Source: Planctomycetota bacterium (lineage in GTDB: Bacteria > Planctomycetota > Phycisphaerae > Phycisphaerales > SM1A02). Taken from it: 64,000 nt of DNA. The position numbers were made by a program, and so were the translations under genes. The notes beneath the pieces were generated by a model that saw only the letters and a list, made by a program, of their open reading frames with translations, was not told the origin of the DNA and ran no database searches. Below are positions 57,992-64,000 of this stretch, in pieces (the stretch's first letter is position 1; the number at the start of each line of letters is the position of its first letter). The stretch lies in assembly GCA_024230295.1 (NCBI GenBank), contig JAAERN010000069.1, positions 33,752 to 97,751 on the forward strand, read 5' to 3'.

Positions 57992-60304
57992 TCACTCGGT
58001 GATGCAGTAATTCAAACCAAAGACCTCGGCGGCCCATCCAGTTCCATCATCAAGTGCTGACGAACCAGCACCCGATGCGGTGGAGGACATCCAGAGGAAC
58101 CAGCATTCGCCTTGACCACCGCTGGTTGAGGCGGCACTGACCCAGTCAGCGCTTCCTCCGTAGCCCATATCAAACGTCCAGCCATGCAGTGCATAGGCAC
58201 CTGCATAGACCAGATCCGTACCGAAGTAGGCGGCGCCTGAGCCGGTGGCGACTTCGCTGCCAGGAAGACCGCCGCCATCGGTCATCAGCGACCATGTCAT
58301 GCCGATATCACCAGGCGTGCTGCAATCGCCCCAGCCGTTGTTGTAGATGAGACCGAGACCATAAATGGTGCACTGCGACACGCTCGATGCCGAGATGCCG
58401 GCAGCTCGAAGATAGCCGGCACCAGTGTCTGATGTACCAGCAGTCCATGAGTCATCGATGCCAAGTGGGTCTTCACCGTTGCCGGTTGTGCACGGCTCGT
58501 AACTTGCCGGGCACGTGTAGGTGTCGCAGGACTCGCCCGACACGTAGCTGCCACCGAGGGCAGCACAGTCGGTTGGATCCAAGTCGCCGACGCACTCGGT
58601 GATGACGCAGCACGCAGATGCCGGTGCAGCAGCACCAACGAGCGTGACGGAGTACAGGTTGGTACCCATGGAACACGTGTTGTCACCACCATCAAAGTTC
58701 TGGCCGACCCAGACGGCATAACTGCCGCCAGCGGGGAGGGTGACGGTTACGGCACCTTCCTGCCCTGCCTCGAGGACCATGTAGTCCACGAATGCCAAAG
58801 CATCGTTGTCAACAACGCCCATGATCAGGGCGCTCTCACCACCACCGCTGATGGTCCATTCACCACCACCAGAGTTGTCGAACAGATACCAGTCGGTGTC
58901 ACGATAGTTGAGATCTTCGCCGCTGTCTCCGCATCCCAAGCAGGTGAATGTTGACATGTAGCCACAGATGGTCTCGCCGTTGGCGATGGCACCGAAGGCT
59001 GGTGGATTGACGTTCATGCCACCGTTGGGATCACCGTTGGGATCATTTGTGTCTTCCTGACACGGGACACCCTCATCGGTCGAACCGTCGGGGCACTCGG
59101 TCCATCCGCAACTGGTCGTTGCGCATTCGGTGCCTTCACCCATGTAGTTACCGCCAAATTCAAGGCAGTCTGCTGGGAGCAAGCCGTCGAGGCAGTCGGA
59201 GGCACTGATGCAGCACGCACCCGCTGAGGGTTGTGGGCAATCAGCAGTCGCGCAGTCGATGCCGTCGCCGGCATAGATTCCACCTGCGCTCGAACACTCA
59301 CTGGGAGTGCCTTCGGTGCAAGATCCATCGAGGAAGCAGCACGCACCAGCGTGACAGTCATCCGTGCAGTCTGAATCTTCGCCAAGCCAGTCGCCCACGC
59401 AGTCGTCTTCGACGACATTATCATCGCAGCCAGCCAATCCCATGCAGCAGGCGCCGCGGGGTCGGCAGTCATTGCCGAAGGCGGCAATGACAGTCAAGAG
59501 ATCGTCCACGTTGACAGTGCAGTCGCCGTATGGCGGGGGGAAGCAGTCGCCTTGCGGACGGAACGAGCCGTCGCCAGTCTGGCCGAATGTACCCACGCAT
59601 GCGAGGACGTCATCGACGCCGACAAAGCCATCAGGCTCGCCGGTTGGGCCGCTGATATCTGCTGGGCAGGACGGGAGTGGCGCGTCGCATGGATCGGCGC
59701 TTCCTGACATGACCCGAAAGGCCAAGTTGCTTGCTGCAACTTGCCAGTTGCCAGGCATGCCGAATCCGCCACCGGGGTTGGCTTGCCAGCAATTCATATC
59801 ACCAATGAAGGTGATGGGAACGCCGGTCTGGCCGTTGGTGCCGAACTCATTGACCGGAATCAATGTCACGTATTGCGTACCACTGGCGATGGCCCAACTG
59901 CCGTCGACGGTGACCATGTCGCCGTAGATCTGGCCGAGCCAATTGGGGTCGACGGTGACAGCGGCATCGGAGGATGAGTAGCCGACGAGATTCGCGGCGG
60001 CATCTTCCGGGGCCATGTAGAAGTTCACCTGAACGCCTGAAACGCCGTCGATCGTTGTATACCCATTCCAACCAGAGATGATGGCTGACACCGAGCCAGC
60101 GGCTGAGCCACTGGTGTTGTCAAAGTCATCAATGGCTGCAATGTCGTAGACCGAATACGCGGCTTCGAAGTACTGCGATGCCAACATATTTGTTGTATCG
60201 ATGTCGGATCCCGACATGTCACCAATTTGATCCATCAGGGCCGTACCGGCTCCCGCGGAGGTGATCATGGCGGCAGCGCCGAGCAGTGCCGTAGTGCTAT
60301 GCAT
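57992..60304 (-). CDS. large secreted Cys-rich repeat protein with an internal dockerin-like pair and a PPC-like domain
   Basis: Signal-like N-terminus. Dockerin-like pair at aa 212-280. Three tandem ACC...C...C...GG.Y.G.G..C....C modules at aa 284-399 and a fourth at aa 563-598. A PPC-like segment (DTDWYLF...AGGSYAVWV) lies between them. Confidence 0.75.
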   Translation of the reverse strand: MHSTTALLGAAAMITSAGAGTALMDQIGDMSGSDIDTTNMLASQYFEAAYSVYDIAAIDDFDNTSGSAAGSVSAIISGWNGYTTIDGVSGVQVNFYMAPEDAAANLVGYSSSDAAVTVDPNWLGQIYGDMVTVDGSWAIASGTQYVTLIPVNEFGTNGQTGVPITFIGDMNCWQANPGGGFGMPGNWQVAASNLAFRVMSGSADPCDAPLPSCPADISGPTGEPDGFVGVDDVLACVGTFGQTGDGSFRPQGDCFPPPYGDCTVNVDDLLTVIAAFGNDCRPRGACCMGLAGCDDNVVEDDCVGDWLGEDSDCTDDCHAGACCFLDGSCTEGTPSECSSAGGIYAGDGIDCATADCPQPSAGACCISASDCLDGLLPADCLEFGGNYMGEGTECATTSCGWTECPDGSTDEGVPCQEDTNDPNGDPNGGMNVNPPAFGAIANGETICGYMSTFTCLGCGDSGEDLNYRDTDWYLFDNSGGGEWTISGGGESALIMGVVDNDALAFVDYMVLEAGQEGAVTVTLPAGGSYAVWVGQNFDGGDNTCSMGTNLYSVTLVGAAAPASACCVITECVGDLDPTDCAALGGSYVSGESCDTYTCPASYEPCTTGNGEDPLGIDDSWTAGTSDTGAGYLRAAGISASSVSQCTIYGLGLIYNNGWGDCSTPGDIGMTWSLMTDGGGLPGSEVATGSGAAYFGTDLVYAGAYALHGWTFDMGYGGSADWVSAASTSGGQGECWFLWMSSTASGAGSSALDDGTGWAAEVFGLNYCITE
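59108..59455 (-). repeat. three tandem Cys-rich modules of about 38 aa (coding repeat)
   Basis: GACCMGLAGCDDNVVEDDCVGDWLGEDSDCTDDC, GACCFLDGSCTEGTPSECSSAGGIYAGDGIDCATADC and GACCISASDCLDGLLPADCLEFGGNYMGEGTECATTSC. Confidence 0.8.
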
Positions 60305-60713
60305 TTGAGAACGCTCCTTATCTCTTCTTCCGGACTGTGCTTACCCGCCTAACCAGACGGATGCAGAATTCAATAGACCTCTCCACCGAGTCTATCGAGT
60401 TCTGATCGAGGTACAAGGGATTATGAGGCTGTTGGAGACTAGAATTGGACCTGTTATCGACCTTCTTGGAGGCCTTGGGAGCGATTAGGAGGCTTATTGT
60501 GGCTGTGTCATTCTTTGCAGGCCCCCCAAACACTCCTGCGAATGCACCTTTCGAGGAGGACCGGAAGATACGCCACAAATCGAGCATATGGAGTGAGGAG
60601 GCCAGGAGTGGGGGGTCCACCAACTTCAGGCTGCGGACTCTTGGTCGATACGGCAGTTGAAGTGAAGTTGGTCGGTGTCCGCCATTGTCGCGCCATTGAT
60701 TGAGCAGGAACTG

Positions 60714-61655
60714 TCAGGCGAGTGGAGGGCAGGCGGCAGAGAGTGCGGATTGGATACACGGGTATCGGAACTGATACCCCGCCTCTCGAAGTAGAAGAGG
60801 ATCACATCGCTGGCTTGCCAAGAGGAGTTCCCCAGCCATCCTCCCCAGCGTCAAACGCAGTAGGGGAGCGGGTACAGGGAGCAAGGCGGGACGATGCAAC
60901 GCCCGTGCGAGCTCATGGGTGAATTCGGTGTTGGTCAGTGGAGCAGGTGAAGCCGCATTGATCGGTCCGTTGAAAGTTGGGTTGCGACAGGCTTGCAAGA
61001 GGACCTCGATGAGGTCGGCCAACGCAATCCAAGAGATCCATTGAGAGCCGCTTCCGAGGCGACCACCAAGTCCCAAGCGGAAGATAGGTCGCATTTGTGC
61101 GACAGCGCCTCCGCCCCGGCCGATCACCATTCCAATTCGAAGTTGGACAGTCCGAGTCGTGGTTTCAGCCAAGCTGCCACTGGCATCTTCCCAATCCCTG
61201 ACGAGATCGGCCAGGAAGCCGGCCCCACCCGATGCTTGCTCCGTCAGCACCTCATCGCCGCGGTCGCCATAAAAGCCAATTGCAGAGGCCTGAACGAACG
61301 CCGTTGGAGGTTCCTTGAGACTCTGCAAGGCCTCGGCCATGAACCCGGTTGCGTCAACACGACTGGTTCGTAGGATCTGTCTTCTGCGACGAGTCCATCG
61401 GGCCTCGGCAACGCCTGCCCCGGCAAGATGAATGACTGCGTCGATCCCTTCCAATCGGGGATCAGCCTGGAAGGGCCTCTCTGGATCCCACTGTACTTCG
61501 TCACCTTCCGTTGGCGGGCGTCGGACCATCCGCAGGACTTCCATGCCGCGTGAGCGAGCTTCAGCGACAAGTGCACATCCAACAAAGCCAGAGCTTCCTG
61601 TTACAGCGATGCGGCGGGGACCAGAGGCCTCTTCAGAGTGATGCTGCAGCGGCAT
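60714..61655 (-). CDS. NAD-dependent epimerase/dehydratase, YfcH/TIGR01777-like (SDR with DUF1731 C-terminus)
   Basis: Rossmann motif IAVTGSSGFVGCAL, and a C-terminal LLASQRCDPLLLREAGYQFRYP typical of the DUF1731 tail. The start is either 61655 or 61667. Confidence 0.8.
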   Translation of the reverse strand: MPLQHHSEEASGPRRIAVTGSSGFVGCALVAEARSRGMEVLRMVRRPPTEGDEVQWDPERPFQADPRLEGIDAVIHLAGAGVAEARWTRRRRQILRTSRVDATGFMAEALQSLKEPPTAFVQASAIGFYGDRGDEVLTEQASGGAGFLADLVRDWEDASGSLAETTTRTVQLRIGMVIGRGGGAVAQMRPIFRLGLGGRLGSGSQWISWIALADLIEVLLQACRNPTFNGPINAASPAPLTNTEFTHELARALHRPALLPVPAPLLRLTLGRMAGELLLASQRCDPLLLREAGYQFRYPCIQSALSAACPPLA

Positions 61656-61694
61656 GCCACGCACCATAATCCACAGTTCGTGATCCTGAACGGA

Positions 61695-62219
61695 TCAGGC
61701 AGCTTGATCGCTCTCTCCATCCTGCATTTCCTTGAGCTTCTGCAGCCCTCGGTACTTCCAGTTGTTGACCGTTGAAACTGGAACGCCCAATGACTCGGCG
61801 GCCTCCTGGTAGCTCAGTCCGTTGCATACCACGAGGCGTACGGCCTCGCGTTCACTCGGGCAGAGCCGGTTCAACTGGTCGGTCAGGTCACGGCCGAGCT
61901 CGGGGGCAGGCTCGACATAGGGTTCCGTTTCTCGCTTGCCTCTGGGCTCTCCTTGAGCAGCCTCAAGGAATCGTTGAAAGCGGCGGCCACGGTTGTACCG
62001 TCTCTTGATGAGGTTGTCGGCGATCTTGATCAGATAACTGACCGAGATTTCGTCGAGTTGCTCAAGGTGCCTGAGTTGAAGGAGTTTTGCGAAGACCTCT
62101 TGGGTGATGTCCTCAGCGCTCTCTGCCGGGAGAGACTTTCTGGCAAAGCAGAAGACTCGGGTATAAAACCGATCGAAGAGGTCGAGAACAAGGTCAGCAC
62201 GGTGTTGAGAAATTTGCAC
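61695..62219 (-). CDS. ECF-type (group 4) RNA polymerase sigma factor
   Basis: I prefer the GTG at 62219 (SD GAGGAG 7 nt upstream). Region 2 is AEDITQEVFAKLL. Region 4 is EREAVRLVVCNGLSYQEAAESLGVPVSTVNNWKYRGLQKL. Confidence 0.8.
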   Translation of the reverse strand: MQISQHRADLVLDLFDRFYTRVFCFARKSLPAESAEDITQEVFAKLLQLRHLEQLDEISVSYLIKIADNLIKRRYNRGRRFQRFLEAAQGEPRGKRETEPYVEPAPELGRDLTDQLNRLCPSEREAVRLVVCNGLSYQEAAESLGVPVSTVNNWKYRGLQKLKEMQDGESDQAA

Positions 62220-62638
62220 AGTAAAACTCCTCGGTGCGCGTCCCGTCGGCAAGTCATGGCCGATCGGGGCTGGGCTGCGATGAGGCCGCCCCTGCAAACG
62301 CTGCAGGTGGCGGTAATGGCGTTGGACGCCGGGGGTGGCCTTGGCAGGGCCTTACTGCGAGTGTCCGAAATGCGTCGGGTGTGCCTTCGGGGGGCAGTGA
62401 GTTGCCTTGAGGGGATTCCTTGTCTCCTCCGGAGAGATATATGCCAAGCGGAGCATCTGACGCAAAACGCCAAGTCCTCCATGGTGGAAGTTCGAGAAGA
62501 TCGGCCTGCCGGTTCCAATGGCCGACCAGATTGTCCACCTTCTACTATGCGAGGGGGTATCCAATCGTGTGCTGGGTTCTCTACTTTCTTTCTGGAACGC
62601 AATCGATTCAGGCGGTAACGTCTTCATAGAACGGGATC

Positions 62639-63787
62639 GTGATGAAACAGACAATCGTGCTTGGTGGAGGAATGGTGGGGGCTGTGATGGCCATGGACCT
62701 TGCTGCGGACGCGGACAGGGAGGTCACACTGTGTGATGTGGACGAGGCACGGCTCACGGCTGCGAAGGCTCGATGTCCGGCAATTCGGGTGCAGCAGGCC
62801 GACCTCTCTAGCCCCGAGCGGGTCCGTTCCCTGGCAGCCGAGGCCGATATGGTTCTCGGGGCGCTGCCCAGTCGATTCGGGTTCGGGACGCTGCAGGCAG
62901 TGATCGACGCTGGCAAGCCCTATTGCGATATCTCCTTTATGCCGCAGGATGCGTGGCGATTGGATGAGGCAGCGAAGGCAAGTGGAACGATCGCTGTTGT
63001 TGATTGTGGCGTGGCGCCGGGAATGAGTAATCTCCTCGCCGGCGTAGCCGCCCGGCGGCTCTCCCCATGCCGTTCGGTCACGATTCGAGTTGGGGGTCTG
63101 CCGGTCGTTCGCCAACTGCCGTGGCAGTTCAAGGCAGCGTTCAGTCCATACGATGTCATCGAGGAATATGTTCGTCCCGCGCGGATCGTTGAACACGGGA
63201 AGGTCGTTGTGCGAGAGGCATTATCTGACCCTGTTCTCATTGACTTCCTGGAGACTGGGACGCTTGAGGCCTTCAATACCGACGGCCTCCGGAGCCTGAC
63301 AGAGACACTGAGCATTCCCAATATGCTCGAGCAGACGATGCGGTATCCCGGCCACCGTGACCTTGCCTGGGCTCTGCGGGAGACTGGATTGCTGAGTGAA
63401 CAGCCGATGGACGTCAATGGAGTGAGCGTTACGCCCAGAGAGATCACGTGCCGGGCTCTGTTTCCGAAGTGGACCTACGAGGAAGGCGAGGTGGATCTGA
63501 CGGTCATGCGAGTCGAGGCGGAAGGTGATCTGAATGGGGTTTCGACTCGGCTCTGGTGGGATCTCTATGACGAGTTGGATCCAGAGACGGGCTGGACAAG
63601 CATGTCACGAACGACGGCGTTTCCAGCCACCATCATGGCTCGAATGATTGAAGCGGGAATTGTGACCAATCCCGGCGTCCACCCGCCGGAGTGTCTTGCC
63701 GGAGATGATCGCGTTTTAGAGACCCTCTTCCGTGAGTTGACCGCCAGAGGCGTGACGTACCGTGAACATTCTGAGCCGCTGGCCTAA
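62639..63787 (+). CDS. saccharopine dehydrogenase-family NAD(P)-binding oxidoreductase
   Basis: Rossmann N-terminus IVLGGGMVGAVMAMDL. Sacchrp_dh-like body (GVAPGMSNLLAG, YPGHRD). GTG/ATG start at 62639 or 62642. Confidence 0.75.
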   Translation: MMKQTIVLGGGMVGAVMAMDLAADADREVTLCDVDEARLTAAKARCPAIRVQQADLSSPERVRSLAAEADMVLGALPSRFGFGTLQAVIDAGKPYCDISFMPQDAWRLDEAAKASGTIAVVDCGVAPGMSNLLAGVAARRLSPCRSVTIRVGGLPVVRQLPWQFKAAFSPYDVIEEYVRPARIVEHGKVVVREALSDPVLIDFLETGTLEAFNTDGLRSLTETLSIPNMLEQTMRYPGHRDLAWALRETGLLSEQPMDVNGVSVTPREITCRALFPKWTYEEGEVDLTVMRVEAEGDLNGVSTRLWWDLYDELDPETGWTSMSRTTAFPATIMARMIEAGIVTNPGVHPPECLAGDDRVLETLFRELTARGVTYREHSEPLA

Positions 63788-63791
63788 TCAC

Positions 63792-64000
63792 TCAGCGACG
63801 GGCTTTTGGCTGCAGCGGCTTGGCCCAAGATGGGATGGTTTCTCCGAGCATGTCGGCCGTAATAATTGCTGCCGTTCCAGTTGCAAGAGTCAACCCCATC
63901 ATGCCATGGCCGGTGGCGATCCATGAGTTGTGGGCGGCTCGGCCGACAATGGGCAGTCCCGACGCAGTGCACGGCCGAAGGCCACACCACGGCTCGCCTG
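63792..64000 (-). CDS. FAD-dependent oxidoreductase (DAO/DadA-like), C-terminal fragment that runs off the window
   Basis: My own translation of the minus frame that ends with TGA at 63792..63794 gives ...GLPIVGRAAHNSWIATGHGMMGLTLATGTAAIITADMLGETIPSWAKPLQPKARR. This is the typical C-terminal GHGxxG...ATG motif of DAO-family flavoenzymes. The ORF track misses it because its start lies outside the window. Confidence 0.6.
   Translation of the reverse strand, partial: GEPWCGLRPCTASGLPIVGRAAHNSWIATGHGMMGLTLATGTAAIITADMLGETIPSWAKPLQPKARR

Noticed and set aside
61695-62638. Looked for an anti-sigma factor partner of the ECF sigma factor, and for a riboswitch in the 420-nt region upstream of the saccharopine dehydrogenase-family gene
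   Set aside because: The gene downstream of the sigma factor is an SDR epimerase with no anti-sigma features. The intergenic ORFs lack SDs and coding bias, and no recognisable riboswitch core (for example an L-box) was seen.
63784-63990. 68-aa minus-strand track ORF at the right edge
   Set aside because: This is the wrong frame. The adjacent minus frame, which is open to the window edge and ends at 63792, translates to a clean DAO-family C-terminus, so I reported that frame instead.

Overview
This is a high-GC bacterial chromosomal segment. It is densely coded, with many 4-nt ATGA start/stop overlaps. I found no rRNA, CRISPR array, transposase, integrase or phage genes by eye. The gene content points to the PVC superphylum, probably Planctomycetota (possibly Phycisphaerae-like): a DUF1800/DUF1501 pair, a 1370-aa SecA, many secreted proteins ending in dockerin-like DxDGDG...DLLxLLxxWGxC modules, and permease-DtxR fusions of the chlamydial YtgCR type. 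That taxonomic call is an inference only. Housekeeping genes: secA, tsf-rpsB, pyrC, uvrC, ftsH, korAB, mnmG, ggt, tRNA-Thr(UGU), tRNA-Tyr(GUA) and tRNA-Pro(CGG). Accessory content, left to right: (1) A copper/redox neighbourhood holding an HMA lipoprotein, an NHL propeller, a YtkA-like lipoprotein, a MauG-like di-haem peroxidase operon, DUF1501/DUF1800, CopA and a small His-rich ORF. (2) A Cys/Lys-rich repeat lipoprotein and a two-domain cupredoxin with tandem dockerins. (3) A bamD-like/lptE-like/ftsH cluster. (4) A FliA-type sigma factor behind a roughly 530-nt structured leader. (5) An orphan FHA-GspE ATPase. (6) A tRNA-bounded block of orphan secreted proteins (42.7-49.2 kb). (7) A DtxR-controlled Mn/Fe-type ABC importer in which both permeases carry C-terminal DtxR-like domains. 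(8) A circularly permuted ATP-grasp / alpha-E / transglutaminase triad. (9) A 770-aa Cys-rich repeat surface protein. My strongest candidates for under-described biology are the doubly fused permease-repressor importer, the dockerin-tagged secretome, the orphan operon at 46.6-49.1 kb, and the HMA-NHL-YtkA-MauG operon. All functional calls come from reading motifs in the translated ORFs; no database search was run.
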